This document shows positions 49,100 to 63,410 of a stretch of DNA of 64,000 bases, one piece after another. How positions within the stretch are numbered: the first letter of the stretch is position 1; the number at the start of each line of letters is the position of its first letter. Source of the DNA: Felis catus (taxonomy: Eukaryota); the NCBI RefSeq assembly GCF_018350175.1, contig NC_058383.1, positions 27,592,001 through 27,656,000 of the forward strand, given 5' to 3'. The translations under genes and the position numbers were made by a program. The notes beneath the pieces were generated by a model. It ran no database searches, was not told where the DNA came from, and was given only the letters and a program-made list of their open reading frames with translations.

Positions 49100-49330
49100 G
49101 AAAACAGAATAATAGCTAACATTATTAGTTTTGTGCCTGGCTCTGGTTAACTCTTAGTAACAATGCTACAAGGAGGGTACTATTATTACCCTCATTTTAC
49201 AAATGAAGAAAGTGAGGAAGACAACAGAGAACTGGTGAGCCTAAGGTCACCCAAGAGGCAAGTAGCAGAGGTGAGATTAAAATCCGGCCACCTTGCTCCA
49301 CAACGGACTTCTGACCAGTGCTTTAGTTAG
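49100..49330 (-). mobile_element. MIR SINE
   Basis: ggtactattattaccctcattttacaaatgaagaaagtgagg...ctaaggtcacccaagaggcaagtagcagag. Confidence 0.75.
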
Positions 49331-50220
49331 CCTCTCAACACTATGGAGAAATGAGAATTCTTTAAAAATCCTAAAAATTAGTAATTTTTAAGATAATGCC
49401 ATGCATAATACATAATCATATACCAAATAAATATGAAAATTGTAATATTGATGGTGTTCTAGGAAAACACAAATTATAAAAAATTGACTCTGTGGAAATC
49501 GGAGTAGAACACTCACTTTGGTAGAAATTGAACAAGTCATATAAAAATCACCTCTGAAGAAGGTACTTGGCCTGAATTATTCTAAATGTTAACTATTTCA
49601 ACATTTTAAAAATAAGTAACTCCCATGTTTTGTTCAAGAAGAAATAAAAAGAGAAAATGTGTCCTAATTTCTTTAGTGAGGTTGGCATAACTGTACTGCT
49701 GAGATCTAACAACTACAGACAGGGAAGGAGGAAGCTTCAGTCCAATCTTACTTACTGGCATAAACGCACAAAATAAAACACTAGCACCCCGACTCGGCTA
49801 TGCTTGGGAAGAATAATTCACCAGGACCCAGCAGATTTTACTCCAGGAAACCAAGGATGATTTACTATCAGGAGTCAATTAATATTTAGAAGTCTATTAA
49901 CATAATTTATCATATCAGTGGGTCAAAGAGGAAAGACCATCGTCAAATACTTAAAAGGTTTCTGACAAAATTCGATATTCACCTCTGCCTTATTTAAAAA
50001 GGCAGAAATCTTGGAATAGAGACTTTGCTAACCTTGTAAAAGAACAGCTTCCAGGTATCAATAACCAGTTCTTTACCCACCTACAAACACCAGAAACACA
50101 ACCATTAATGTCGTGGACAAAATTAAGGTCCCTGCTTTTTAACAGTTTAGATATTTAAAAAGAGAAGTAAAAAAAAAACCCTCCAAAATATTAGGTTACA
50201 AGTTAAAATGACATTGAGAT

Positions 50221-50356
50221 GGGGCACCTGGGTGGCTCAGTCAGTTGAGCATCTGACTCTTGATTTCGGATCAGGTCATGATCCTAGGGTCGTAGGATCG
50301 AGCCCCATGTTAGGCTCCACACTGAACATGGAGCCTGCTTATGATTCTCTCCCTCT

Positions 50357-50388
<32 letters not shown>

Positions 50389-50450
50389 CTAAAATAGAAG
50401 TTAAATAAATAAATAAATGAATAAATAAATAAATAGATAAATAAATAAAA
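50221..50450 (+). mobile_element. CanSINE
   Basis: ggggcacctgggtggctcagtcagttgagcatctgactcttgatttcgg, CT tract, (AAAT)n tail. Confidence 0.95.
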
Positions 50451-51180
50451 CAACGAGCTATCATGTCTCACCCATTAGATGACAATTACCAAAGAGGCAA
50501 AAGATAGCAAGTGTTGGCAAGGACGTGGAGAAACCATAACCCTTTCACACTGGTGGTGGGAACATAAAGTGGTACAGCCAGTGTGGAAAACTGTACAGAG
50601 GTTTCTCAAAAAAATCACAAGCAGAACTACCTTATGATCCAGCAATCCCACTACTGGGTATTTATCCAAAAAAAAAAAAAAATCTAAAATCAGGATCCAA
50701 ACATATATGCACTCTCATGTTACTGCAGAATGATTTCCAAGAGCCAAGATACGGAAACAACCTAAATGTTCACTGACAGGAATGGATCAAGAAAATGTGG
50801 TGTTTACATATGCAGTGGAATATTATTCAGCCTTAAAGAAAAAAGGAAATCCTGCCACATGCAGCAACACGCATGAACGTTGAGGACATTCTGCTAAGTG
50901 AAATAAGCCAGCCACAGAAGGTCAAATACTGCATGAGGCATCTGAAACGGTCACACTCAGAGCAACAGTAGAATGCTGATTTCCGGGCGCTGCGGGGAGG
51001 AGGGAAAAGTGAGCAGCTGTTCAACTTGTACGTATAAAGTTGCAGTTTTACAAGAGTACATTCTGGAAATGTGCCGTACAAAAGTGTCCTTACACATGGC
51101 ATCACTGTATTGTACACTTAAAAATTTGTTAAGAGGGTAGCTCTCATGTTAAGTGTTCTTTCCACAATAAAAAAAAAAAG
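50451..51180 (+). mobile_element. L1MA-type 3' end
   Basis: caagtgttggcaaggacgtggagaaa...gaactaccttatgatccagcaatcccactactgggtatttatcc...ttgttaagagggtagctctcatgttaagtgttctttccacaataaaaaaaa. Confidence 0.88.
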
Positions 51181-52084
51181 AATTCCCTATTTAACAAAAG
51201 AAAATAGAAATTGCTTGATGCTTTGACTCTTAGTACAGGGGTTGAGAATCAAATATAAATTTTTTTTAATTTATCATCAAAAAAATGATAAAAAGGTTAG
51301 CTTAATGCCAGGCTGGATGCACACACACACAATGACGTTAGGGTTGGGTCTGGATCCCAGCTGCATCACTCACTAGCAACCGAACGCCACTTTGGTAAAT
51401 TACTTGGCTGGTACAAGTGTGGGTTTCCTGTGTATGAGGAACACTGAGCCCTTCCCATAAAGGACAGTGAGGACTACACAAGCAGACACAGGCAAGGGGC
51501 CTGACTCCCGGCAAAGGCTGAAATCATGAACGGTCTTAGGATTAGTGGGAAACAATATGCATGTAGCTCTAGAAAACACAACAGGAAAAGGAAAGAGTTC
51601 AGTAAGATGGCCAGGAGGTGAGTAAAGACATACAAATAAGCAGTGAAAATCAGTTACAAAACAGAAGTCCCCAAAAGGTCCCCCGTTCCCTGTTGCCGGA
51701 ACTTTGCACATACTGTCATCTTTCCTGGGAGTCCCTTCTCACGCCATCTCTATGCCATCCCTGCCTAGTGCGCTAGGGGCACTTGGAATTATCATTTAGA
51801 TTCCAATGAGTCATCACCCTCTTGTGATGTGGAAGCTTTTCCTGACCCCCATGTCAAATCCCTATCGTGTACTCTTTTACTGGACCATCTCCTTATCAAA
51901 GCAGAAATTCCGTATTTATTTGTGGATTGGGTTAATTCCTATTCTCCCCTCAAGACTTAGATTCTCACATGGTGCAGCCACTAAAAACTATGTTCACATA
52001 AAAGGATTTAATGTCTACATGCTATTTATAGTATTTTAAAATGCATCCTCTAAGTCAGGATATAACCAACAATCATAATTTTTA

Positions 52085-52162
52085 TCTATGTTTTTTCTTT
52101 TTTTAATGTTTACTTATTTTGACAGAGAGAGCAAGCGAGCACAAGTGGTGGAGGGGCAAAGG

Positions 52163-52228
<66 letters not shown>

Positions 52229-52356
52229 ACCCCAAGCAGGCTCCATTCTGCCAGCACAGAGGCCAATGTGGGGCTCAAACCCACAAACCATGAGGTCATG
52301 ACATGAGCTGAAATCAAGAGTCGGATGTTTAACCGACTGAGCCACCCAGGTGCCCC
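52085..52356 (-). mobile_element. CanSINE with expanded (GA)n
   Basis: TSD acaatc(a/c)taattttta 52069-52084 / 52358-52373. Confidence 0.96.
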
Positions 52357-55300
52357 TACAATCCTAATTTTTAAAAGCACACAGTGCATATATACACATG
52401 CATAAAAGAATACAAAGATATGCAACAAACATAGCAACATATTAACAATGACACTAGATTTTTTTATTTTAACTTTTCTTTCTTTTTAATAATCAACGAT
52501 ACTTTTAAATGTTTGGTATAAAGCAATACTTCCTCCCCTTTAAATGATACACAGGGGTTTAACAAATATCTGAGTTTACAAAAAACTCAAAATAGATACT
52601 TTTTAAAATTTTTAACCATCTGATGACAGGTGTTCTGGTGGCAAGTCACTGACACAGACCACCTATAAACACATACATTACCTAAAAATGTTTCCCTTCA
52701 GAAGATTCTGTTCCCAGCCAATAAACTATCATTCATACATAAGAGAACAAAGGATTGCACATAATAAGAAAGCATCAGCAATGAAGAGAAAAGCTGGAGA
52801 AATATTATAGTCTGTCAAAAACAAGAACAATCCCCTATTGCAGCCCCCACGGAATCACACCCACCCACACACACAAACACACACACACCCATGCCAATGG
52901 GTCATCAGGTATACACTGGGCATCTATTATGTGACTCAGCCCTGTGCTAACGGCTCTAAGGGCTTACTCCCTGTCCTCAACGAAGGCAACCGAGACCAAC
53001 GTGCTAAGGAAAAGAGAATCAACAGCATAAAATGGGACGAGAACACTGGCGAACAAGTGGTCAACAGCAGTGCTGCACATTTCAGAGCTAGACCTTCCCA
53101 CCCATCACAGGCTGCCAGCAGGACTACCGGTGTTGGTGTGAATCAACAGCCTTGCTGTTTCCACTGCATCACCATAAACAGAAGCATGGATGGAGGAACT
53201 CCTGTGCTAAGAAAATGCAAACAGCTTGAGCAGGTTCCACTCTTTCGCCACCTACCCACCTGGCAGTTGCCCCCCCCAGTCTGCCTGCAGAGCCAAGCAC
53301 TGCTTGGAAAGTACTTGTCCCATCTTTGGCATCTGCTTTCTTCCCCTGCAGAAGGTCTTTCCTGGCTTCCCAAGCCTGAAGCAAGTCCCCATCTCTGTTT
53401 GGTTATGGTTCTTGCCACCCTACACTGCACTTTCTCCTCCACTTCTCTGATGCACCCACTAGGTAAGACTCTTGTGGTCATTTTTTATGTATCTTCATAT
53501 GCCCAGGTCCTAGCTCTATGGCCCTGAACATACTCTGAGCTAAGAACATGTCACTTGTACTGAATGAATGAAGGAGCGAATGAATAAATGAAATCCAGCT
53601 CCGGACTCCTTTACAACATTGAATTGTCTGCTCAAGCTTTTCCACGCACCGGAGACTTCCTTCACTCAACTGATCTCCACATGTTGAAATTCTAATCCTC
53701 TTCCTTAAAGGTGTTAGGACAAGTGCCATGTATACCACAAAGGCTGGCAGTGACTTCTTGCCATTCTTATGGTCCTTTAGCGAGATTTCCTGTACCATTC
53801 TACCCAGATGCAGTGACACTTGTGGACATATTTTATACACCTCCCCCCTTAGTCACACAGCACACTGTGATGACCACGCCTGTGTGTCTCCTCTCTCCTT
53901 GGCTCTCTCCTAGCTACCACCACACTGTAGGTAACAAATAAACAGGAGGTGGGCAATGGATAAATGCAGGATCCATGGCCTGGAAACGTCAGTGCAGTGG
54001 TCATTTCCCCCATGGCTGGATTTGGCAAATTCAAGCAGAGCAGAAAGGAAAGTGGTGAAGACAAGTTCTTGGATCTTATTTGGAGCTCAGATATTCCCAT
54101 CACCGCCATCTTCCATGAGACACGCTCTTACTCGGTCTATCAGGAAATGTATGTGACTTCCTGTATGTATCTGAATAAACTGAAGGAGTCAGAAGAAACA
54201 TGAGACAATGATGTGGCGGGATGTCACAGACGAAACGCTTTCTGGAAACCCAGCCTTTCAGGAGAGGGATGCAATGACATCTGGACTCTGTGTCTTCGAA
54301 ATACACTCTGAAGAGAGAAGAGGGGACGGTCCTGGGTGAGGGGATGGCTGTTCTTGCTCTCTAACTTGAGGCCTCCCAGACACACTGTTTCCCTTCTGTC
54401 TGGGCTGGATCTTGGCAGTTCCTGCAGCAAGAAGGGGAGTTATTTTGGGGAGACAGTTGATACGTGGCGAGTACTCCTTGAAATGTTAAATGTCTCCCAG
54501 ATGGAGATACTTAGCATTTGTAGGAGGAATAATTTGGAGGAGAAAAAATGCATTTGTCTTTTTGGCATCCTGCGGATTCTGTTAGAGAAGAAAGAGAACA
54601 CTGTGATTCCTGCCATCCACATGTCAGTGTTTTCTTGGAATTTTTCAAGTCCCAGTGGCTGTGCTGCTTCTTCTTCTAGGGGTATCAAGTTTTGGATGTG
54701 CCAAAGCTCAAGGGAAAAGTGTCCTGGAACTGAGTCTCAGAGGTGAGACAGTTACCAAAGTTCCCAAAAGTCATCAGAGTTCATCCTCTTATCCTCCAGT
54801 GGCAACTGCTTCACTCATGTACACCAGATGGTTTTCTCCTTAGGTGTGATCTCTTATGTACAGAGAAGGTTGCAAAATATAGAGCTGACTAGTCTAGAAC
54901 ACCAGGAATTAGGATGCGTTGAGTTCTGGGATTGCTTCTGCTGTTAACTTTCTTGGTAGCCATGGGTAAACCACCTTATATCACAAAGCCTTGCTTTTCC
55001 CACCTGTGAGATGAAGGGGTTGGATTAAATAATTCTTATATTCCTCCCTCTAATTAAAGAACGACACTATCACTCTAGCTGCTAAGGCTGTGAAGAACAA
55101 AGGTATCATTATTATAGGGACACATGAACTTGTCCTTCAACTAGGAAGGGAAGGCTTCATTGAATTGTCTATCATGCCCACTATTCATGGAAGAGATAGA
55201 GAACATCACTCACAAAAAGACTAAACCCATGACCCTTTTTAACTTACTCATTTTCCAAACACCCCTAAGATCTCCATGGCTTACCAATAAGGCTCACCAG

Positions 55301-58300
55301 TAAGCACCTATGAGTAAACACCTGCCGTTAGCACCAGGCTGAATTAAAACAGATAAGAAAGTTCAGCAATGACACTGAAAACCTGTAAGTGGGTGGCCAA
55401 TATGCTCCCATGACACCGAGGTATGTAAAGTGTACTTTATTTACTTTCTATGACTAGCATCACATTCTGTAGGAATTCCCACCTTCCTTTGGTGGATGGG
55501 TAGGTAAATGGCGGAGTGGAGGGCTCTACATTTAGCCCAAATACAGCAAGCCAGGTCCTGTTCAATAATGTAAACAATTTTTATAGGAAACGCATGCTTT
55601 TTTTGTATGAGATTGACTTCCCAATTCCCTCCTCTTCTCCTGATCACTCCCGAGATAGATTATGGGCAGTGGGGAGAGGGGAAGAGGCCGACCTTGGGTG
55701 CTTCCGTACTTCTGGCTTCCCCACTCTCTGCAGAAATGCACTGTGCCCAGATAATCACTAATCAGGATCTGAGGGAGAAGTCTGGAGCTGCTGAATTCAG
55801 TGACTGTCTTCTTATTTTGTCAGGACTCACATTCTGACTCAACCCATATTGGGCTGGATATACTTGATTTCAAGGTCCCAGCTCCAGGATTCCTGTACGG
55901 TAGCCCCTACTAGCAGGGTAATTTCCTCACCCTGGGAAACTTCCCAAATAATAGACTCTTCTCTACACTCTTTCTCTTCCATGGTGATGCACAGGAAAAT
56001 TTCTTGGTCTATTTTACAACATAGGACTCTAACATCACTTGGGAATGCTAATCCAGTCACTGTCTCTGTCTCTCTCCCTTCTAATCTTATTATATTACTA
56101 TCACTTTGATATAGAAGTCTCCGTATTAATATTGGGGCAGCTAGGGAGGAGTCAAGTCCCCAAATCCCAACCTACCCTCCAGGCTTGATCCTGAAAAGAA
56201 ATGGGCAGGATCCATGTGTCTCCCAACATCCACTTTTACTTAGTTTCACCCATTCTGAGCTGGAGATTAAAGGGGGGGGGGGGCTCTATCCTTCCTATTT
56301 TATGAGAATTTCACTTATATCTTATCCTGCTCTTTTCTGAGCCAAAGGGGTTTTTTTCTCTTGTTTTCCCTGGGGCTCTAATGGTACAACAGCTCTCTGG
56401 GAACATGATTCTTGTGGTAGAAGATGAAAACAAATAAATAATATCTTAAAATATTATTCTCATTACCAAATTCATTCTTCAATTGCTGAAAGGGATTTAC
56501 TTGACTTGGGGGGACTCACTTCCCCTCTGTGCGCCTTCCAACTATAAAATGAGGTGGTTGGACCTTCTATCCACTAAAATCCCTTCTAGATCCTATGTGT
56601 TGGACTCACTCCAGCCATGAGATGTGGTAAGAGGCTCGTAACTACCCATTCCATTCCATTCATAAGCCATATTAGGGTACTATTAAATTTCTTTGGCATC
56701 TCAGCTATCTTAGAGCTTATCAGCCTTTTGTCTAGCTGAACACTGCTATGAGTTGTAGGCTTTAACAACTTAGTGTTGCAGTTATTTTAGGAAAAATAAA
56801 GAGGAGGAGGAGAGAAACAAGATGGCAGCCAACAAGAACGATTAAGTTCCCTTCTCACTGCTTGAAGCCTGAGGCTGGTGAAAAGGGACAGGATCACAGA
56901 CATATCAAGACAGAGGTCCTGGTACACTCTGCTGTAACAAAGGATTAGGTCATATGGAGCAGAGAAATTTCCCAACGAATTTTTAAGATCTGGAAAGCTG
57001 AAAGACTGGATATGGTGACACACATACACACAAGAGGCATTCAGAGAAAGGGTTCAGTGGCAGTGGCTGAGGGAGTGATGATTGTTCTCCAGATGGAGAT
57101 TGCGTCAGTTATTCTAACACGTGTGTGTAGTCACCCCACTCTACACACACACACTGTCTAGGATTGCTTTTTTAATGACAAAAAAAAACCCCTTTGCTAA
57201 GCATGAATGTCACATTTCAGCGATTCTAAGTAATAAGGATGGGAAGGTGGCATACCACTCAGAAAAATAAAAAATAAAAACACTGGTCTGGGGAGAATGT
57301 ACTGTTGAGTTACAATATTCTATTCTTTTGGTCTATCAGGAAATATTTATTAAGGCTGCTGTGTGCCAGGTGAGGAGATACTGTATTGCACAAGACAGGC
57401 ATAGTCCCTAACCTTGCAAAGGTTATAATCAGGAAATTAAGTTGAAAAATAAACCAACAATTCCATTTAAGCACAGTTCATGCTACCACTCATGCTACAA
57501 AGGAAGTAGAAGGGCTTCCATAGAAACCTAAACCTAAACACCTAACCTATCCCATGGTTGGGTAGGTAGGCAGTCAGAGGAGGCCTCTGAGAAGAGATGG
57601 CCTTCGATGAACAGAACTATTATTATTCCAAATTGACCTGGATAAGGGTGCTTTCCACTAAAAAGAAAAGCCACCAATCCTTGGATTCCCCAATATCAGT
57701 CCCAAATGCATATGAGTTGTCAGACCCTGAATCAAGACACAGTATGTCTTTCTCAAGGTCTTTCTCCCTCCTCAACTGTCTCCATTGATCAACTTAGAGG
57801 TTAAACTTCTAGCAGCCCTGCACTGCTTGCCTTTAATGGCAGGAGAGAAAATAAGAGGTTGGCATTTCTTGGGGCAACCCAAACTATGAAAACTCCTGCT
57901 AACACTTGAAACAGAAACGCTTACAAAGATTTGGATTTCTGGCATGGAGTCCATTTTATTTATTTATTTTGGAAAAGGAAGGAGATTTGAAAAAAAAAAA
58001 AAAAGAAAAAAGAAAAAAACAAAACTCTAAAAGGATGCCTCCAAACTCCCTGGTTCCCAATGCAGTCAGACATCAATAATGTATTTTAAGGCCATGGATT
58101 TCTCATTCTTTGCTGTCTTCCGGGAGTCCTCGGGGGCCACCATATTGAGTTGCAGCAATAACCGTCTGGGCCACAACGGAGATCGTGCCTGGAATCATGC
58201 AGTGAACAGCCCAGAGCCCCCAGTCTCATTCCCTTAATGAGGGACTTGAAGACTTTACTGAACACTCGACTCACTCGAACTGACCTCACAGAAGGCTCGT

Positions 58301-58349
58301 AAGGGGAATGTTATCTGTCAGAGGCTGGTTTTCTTTAACTGATTTTTAC

Positions 58350-58530
58350 ATAGCGAGCACGGAATCACTCAGGAGAAAGAGCAACATCCTGAGGTTTGAA
58401 GACAGATACTTGTGGGTTCGAATCTGGCTCTATGATTTGCCTGCCGTCATACTGGGCCAGTCACCTTACCCTTCTGAGCCTCCGTTGACTCCTCTGTTCA
58501 ATGGGAAGCATTTCTTTCCCGTAAGATTAT
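58350..58530 (+). mobile_element. MIR SINE
   Basis: gggttcgaatctggctctatgatttgcctgccgtcatactgggccagtcaccttacccttctgagcctc. Confidence 0.75.
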
Positions 58531-59948
58531 AAAATTAAACTTTATATTTGCCAAATACACACATTTAAAGAAAAATCAAAGAGTGCTAAAAGTCTTACCA
58601 TGAAACTCAGCAGTTTCAATCCTCCTCGCTCCTGAATCTTGCTCCCTGGGGCAGCCACTCTCCACTGCTTTAGCTGATCCTCCTAATATTTACCTCCCCT
58701 TATTTAAATACTGTACATTTTTCTTGTTCTCGCCTTGTTTCTTGCTTATTTTTGGGTCTTTCCCTTTCAGCCTGGAGATTTCCTGCACTGAGTGGTGATC
58801 AGACTGAAGAGAGGACTCTAGAAAGCCCTTCGTGAGTTCCACGCATGCGGGGTATGGTGTTGGCTGATGAAACTTCTCCGAAGACGATGAGGCAGTGAGT
58901 CAGCTTGTTCATTGGAGAACCACAAGATTTCAGTATCTTGACATCTTTTCTCATAGATCTGTCTGTTTCTCCAGATAAAAAGCCTCCAAGCATCTGGATG
59001 AGGAGGACAAGGGAGCTGAGAGGCCCCAGGGTTTTCCCATTTCTCTTTCCAACTGTCTGCTATCCCTGTTGACCCCATGAGTCCTGGGCTTTTCTCGTTT
59101 ATCAATATAGAAATTCCACTTCCGTGTGGCAGGGGTGAGGGTTGGGAGGAGAGGGAGTTGCCTGACTGTGTCAGGGGAGGGGCAGGGGGATCGGGAGGGT
59201 CAAAGCTCCATGTACAGTTTCTAAGTACCAACTCATTCCTGCCTTCCCTAGTACTCTGTGCCTCAAAATGCCGGTTATAACTGTCTCTGTTCTTCGATGC
59301 CACTCATCACCTTTTCTGTTTTCCACCTCCCAGAATCCATCTAAATTTCTCCTGGTCTATTCTGTGCTCTTTGTAAGATAATACCTTCCTCCCTCCCTCC
59401 CTCATTCCTCCCCTCCTTCCTGCTATCTCTCCTATGGGGTTTAAGAAGAGGGAAAAGAGATAAATTCTGGTGGCCAATCTGCCAAATTGCTTTTCCCTCC
59501 TTACCTTACAAACAGAAGTTCTGTTGGAAGACCTACCTGAGACAAAGGATAGAGGGTCTTGCTTAGTGCCTGGCACATACTTAAGTGCTCGATAACCATA
59601 CCATGTCTCTCACCTTCACCAGGGACATTCTCTGACATCCCCAAAGGAAAGGGTCTGTGGGCCCTGAGAGCTGTAAGATTCCTGGAAGCCTTAATGCATC
59701 CCAGGGGAGGGTGAGGAGTCTGAAATACTCTGCTTCTCCAGGTCAATTAGCTCCATTAACTTAATTAAGCCTCAGGACAACTTCATTAAGCAGGTATTAT
59801 TATCATTCCCATTTTATGTCCATTGTGTTAATATCCAGGCACTGTCACAATGGCCTGACGCAGTCTCTTGTTCAGGAAAGAAAGAAGAGAAACATCCCTT
59901 GACCCTCTGCCGGTGACCAGACATCAAAGAAATACATCCACTCTGCCC

Positions 59949-60514
59949 TGTGAAAGCCTTTCCAAGGCCAAGACAAACACAGTGGACAATAATTAAAGTG
60001 GTAAAAACAGATTTTATTTTCTATTTTACTCAGTAACTACTGAGAGCAGGGCGAAAAGCGGGACTCCATTCCATTTGTGCAAAAACGATCTGGGTGTTCT
60101 GAAGGGAGAGTTAGGGGGAGCAGGGGCTCAGCCGAGTCAGAGAGGAGGAAATTTACAAAGGCTTGGTCAGGATAAATGCGATTAGGCCAGCTGTGTCTGC
60201 CAGCTGGCTGTCATCGAAGTTAGGATTCTACCCTCCTCCAGAGACTGGAAGACAGAGGTCCTATCCTTCTGATCAGTATATTTAAAATGAAAGGCTTTTC
60301 CTTGAGAAAAACACTTGAGTTTTAAGAGATGCATCTTTACAATTATAAGACCTTTTTAGTAAATGGCCTAAGAAAGAAAAGTCAGTGGTCTACGTCAGGT
60401 GTTGACTAGAACAGTCTCTGGGCAGCATGGAGCTTTCTCAGGCAGGCCCTTTGATAGGGGGCTGGGGTCAGCCTAAGGACAGGGCCTTCTGCTGTCAGAG
60501 GCTACGTCTGGACA
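59949..60514 (-). mobile_element. ERV1 solo LTR, MER67-like
   Basis: aattaaagtggtaaaaacagattttatt...aaatgcgattaggccagctgtgtctgccagctggctgtcatcgaagttaggattctaccctcc match recalled MER67. Confidence 0.75.
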
Positions 60515-60586
60515 GAGCTCTTATCTGCAGTTCTCTCCACCAGGTCCCACAAAGGCCAAGAATAATCGTCCCAGCACTATGACACG

Positions 60587-60602
60587 GACACACACGCATG
60601 CA

Positions 60603-60652
<50 letters not shown>
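60587..60652. repeat. (CA)n/(CG)n compound microsatellite
   Basis: Direct inspection. Confidence 0.95.
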
Positions 60653-60654
<2 letters not shown>

Positions 60655-60923
60655 CACCGTGGAGAGTGATGACTAATAAGGGAAACGATGGTCCCGGGGT
60701 GCCCTGGTGCCTAAGCGCCCCTGCAGAGTTCCCAATCAATGCAAGGTTGGCTGTCGGCAGCTCGACTGAGTTACTCAGATTACAAATGAAAAGCAGCCCC
60801 CAGAGGGTGCGGCACTCCTGTAGCACAGAAGGAAAGCATAATTCTTGCTTACACTCAGCTTTGTGATCAGTTTCTCCCTGGGTAGCTACTCTTGTAACTT
60901 CTTTTTAGGACTGCCAATTTTAT

Positions 60924-60925
<2 letters not shown>

Positions 60926-60985
<60 letters not shown>
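60926..60985. repeat. (CA)n microsatellite
   Basis: About 29 uninterrupted units. Confidence 0.98.
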
Positions 60986-60986
<1 letters not shown>

Positions 60987-61149
60987 AACGCACAGAGAGC
61001 CCCAAACTTCTGCCAATCAAGTCTTTCTCATCTCTCTGCGGTGTTCTCTCCCCAACCAAGGGCAAGGTATTCATTTCTCTGTGGCTGCTTCAAATGAAGC
61101 AGCTCTTTTGATAGTTTAAAAAATATGTTGAATAAGTAGCAATATCAAT

Positions 61150-61400
61150 AATATTAACTATTATCATTGTGTTTATTGTTATAATTTCTGGTTCCTGTGT
61201 CCGAAAGTCCACACACTGTGTCAGATATTGTGCTAGTCACTATGTGGACATTATCTCTAAACCTCACCCCAAGCCAGAGCACTCACACAGGGGTATCATT
61301 TCCTGATAAATAAGGGAACGGGGCTCGGAGAGAGTAAACCACTTACTCAGGGTCACACAGCCAGCCTAGAGGGATTCAAACCCAAATCTATCTGCCCAAA
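61150..61400 (-). mobile_element. MIR SINE
   Basis: gggaacggggctcggagagagtaaaccacttactcagggtcacacagccag...ggattcaaacccaaatctatctg. Confidence 0.75.
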
Positions 61401-61479
61401 GAGCTCAGGTTCTCCCGTGTCAGTAACATGCTGATAAGAATGCACTAGGCATAGGAAGAGCTGGCTTGTTTTTTCAGTA

Positions 61480-61683
61480 GAATTTTTTTCAAGTTTATTT
61501 ATTTTGAGAGAGAGAGAGAGAGAGAGCGAGCGAGCAAGTGGGGGAGGGGCAGAGAGGGAGAGACAGAATCCCAAGCAGGCTTCTCAGTGTCAACACAGAG
61601 CCCAATGCAGGGCCTGAACTCATGAACCATGAGCTGAAATCAAGAGTCAGACGCTCAGCCGACTGAGCCAGCCAGGTGTCCCA
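61480..61683 (-). mobile_element. CanSINE
   Basis: Reverse SINE ending gactgagccagccaggtgtccc. Confidence 0.93.
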
Positions 61684-62159
61684 GAAGACTTGGCTCTCTA
61701 ATTGGACACATCACCATCAACAGAGGTTCAAAACTGCATCAGATAAAAACTCAGAGGATCTTCCACTACCCAAGAAATACTACATCTGGGACTTTTAGGT
61801 TTATGTCATAAGACAGACAGACAGAAGGAATGATGCCAAGCTATCTCCAAAGATCAGAGTGTGGTAAGCTTTTGGAAGAGAGGCAAAACTCAGAGCATCT
61901 GGTAGCTAAGGAGAAGCCCTGATGATTTAATACAATGGCCTTCCTCTACTATCCCTCACAGAAGGACCCTCGAAGTGGTAATCTTCTCTACAACACCCGT
62001 GACAGATGGTCCATCCTGTTGATATTTCAATGTCTGAAGTCTAAAATGCTGACAGTCCCAAAAGATTATTCTATCATCTTTTATGAGCTCTAGCAATTTT
62101 TTTTTTAGTTTTCTGCTCTGATAAACAAAAGTCTACCTTTCTCTTCTTTATGCTTGTTG

Positions 62160-62415
62160 ATGATAATAAAATAATAACAGCTACGATTTACTGACAACTT
62201 ACCACGTGCCTAAGAGCTCTGTTGTATTATCTGAGTTCATCTTCAAAGCAACTCTTGAATGTAAGTATAATTATCCTTTTCTTTTTTTTTTTGAGGAGTT
62301 GAAGAAACAGACTCAGAGCAGTAGAAAGCTCTGCCTAGAATCACATGGATAAAAAACAGCACAGCTGGGCTGAGCACCTGGCTCCATCAAAGCCCATGCT
62401 CTTGACCACCATGCC
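62160..62415 (-). mobile_element. MIR SINE
   Basis: ataataacagctacgatttactgacaacttaccacgtgcc...gaagaaacagactcagagcagtagaaag. Confidence 0.7.
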
Positions 62416-62979
62416 AAGAGCAAGGAACAAACAGAGTCCTTTCGTCCGCCTACTGCCCTTCTGATTTCTTAAGAAAGAGTTCGTGTGTTCTTTTTTTCCC
62501 CTCCTCCCTTCTCCCTTCCCTCCTGGCTCACCCAACTGTTCATTTTCCAAAAGGACTGGCAATGGAAATACTGTGAGGTCTGCAAACTAAGATACAGAGC
62601 AAGGGTGGAAAGGCCAGCCTTCGTTTTGTAGCATCCTAGTGTTTTACTTGAGATGGCAAGTGGAGAAGATCTGGACAGTCCATCTTGTCCCGTCTGGACA
62701 AATAACAATGCTTTGGGAGCCCTGGGTTCTTCGGACGCTGGGGAGTAGAAGAGTGCTGTGGCTATATTCAAGCTTCTCATGCTGTGAATCTCAAGGGGAG
62801 GTGAGAGGTGAGGCCCCATCCTGTGGTGTGGGTAGCTTGGTAGAGTTGGATGATGAGGGCTCAGATGAGACTGATGTGAAGGAGGCAAAACAGACCTACA
62901 CAGGACAGCTGGCAGTAAGAGTGTCCAAACAGGTTTTCAAAACCAGACAGCTGAATTAGTTTTAGAGAGCGAGCACCCC

Positions 62980-63410
62980 CTCTCCAACACCACACTGGTC
63001 ATCCTGGCTTCCTCTCAGTCCCCTGCACTCAGCCAACTTCCTCCCACTACAGGACTTCGAACATGCTGTCCCCTCACCCAGGCATGCTTTTCCTTCTCTT
63101 TGCTCCAGTAACTTCCATTAGTCCTACAGACTGCAGTTCAAGTAGTCCCTGGATTTTCAGACCAGCTGAAAACTCTACATTTTAAGCTTTCCTAGTATGA
63201 AATGCCTCTCCATTCTATGCTAACCATGTCTGTACATTTACATTTATTTCTGTATTTAATATTTATCTTCATTGTTAGGCATATAAGCTTTGTAAGAATA
63301 GGCCAGATCTGCCTGTTTTCACCATCGTTTGCTCAGGCCCTAGCAAGGGGTCTGGAATAGAGCAATGGCTCAAGACAATTTTTTTTGAATTGGAAGATGA
63401 ATAAATGAAC
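62980..63410 (+). mobile_element. L2 LINE 3' portion
   Basis: ctcccactacaggacttcgaacatgctgtcccctc...tgttttcaccatcgtttgctcaggccctagcaaggggtctggaatagagcaatggctcaagacaattttttttgaattggaagatgaataaatgaa. Confidence 0.7.

Larger units (their letters stand above)
46530..50200 (+). mobile_element. Ancient L1 ORF2 remnant (host of younger insertions)
   Basis: Degenerate endonuclease-like segments (aagctccccaacgaaaagtcagagact...tccaactttatgctgtttcc) and RT-like segments (gattttactccaggaaaccaaggatgatttactatcagg). Confidence 0.65.

Noticed and set aside
52838..53527. Longest ORF in the track (229 aa)
   Set aside because: Non-ATG start, begins in a CA-repeat, ends in L2-like sequence, no recognisable domain or splice architecture; consistent with a chance ORF
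55780..56460. Possible ancient Gypsy-type LTR
   Set aside because: Resemblance too weak to call without a profile search
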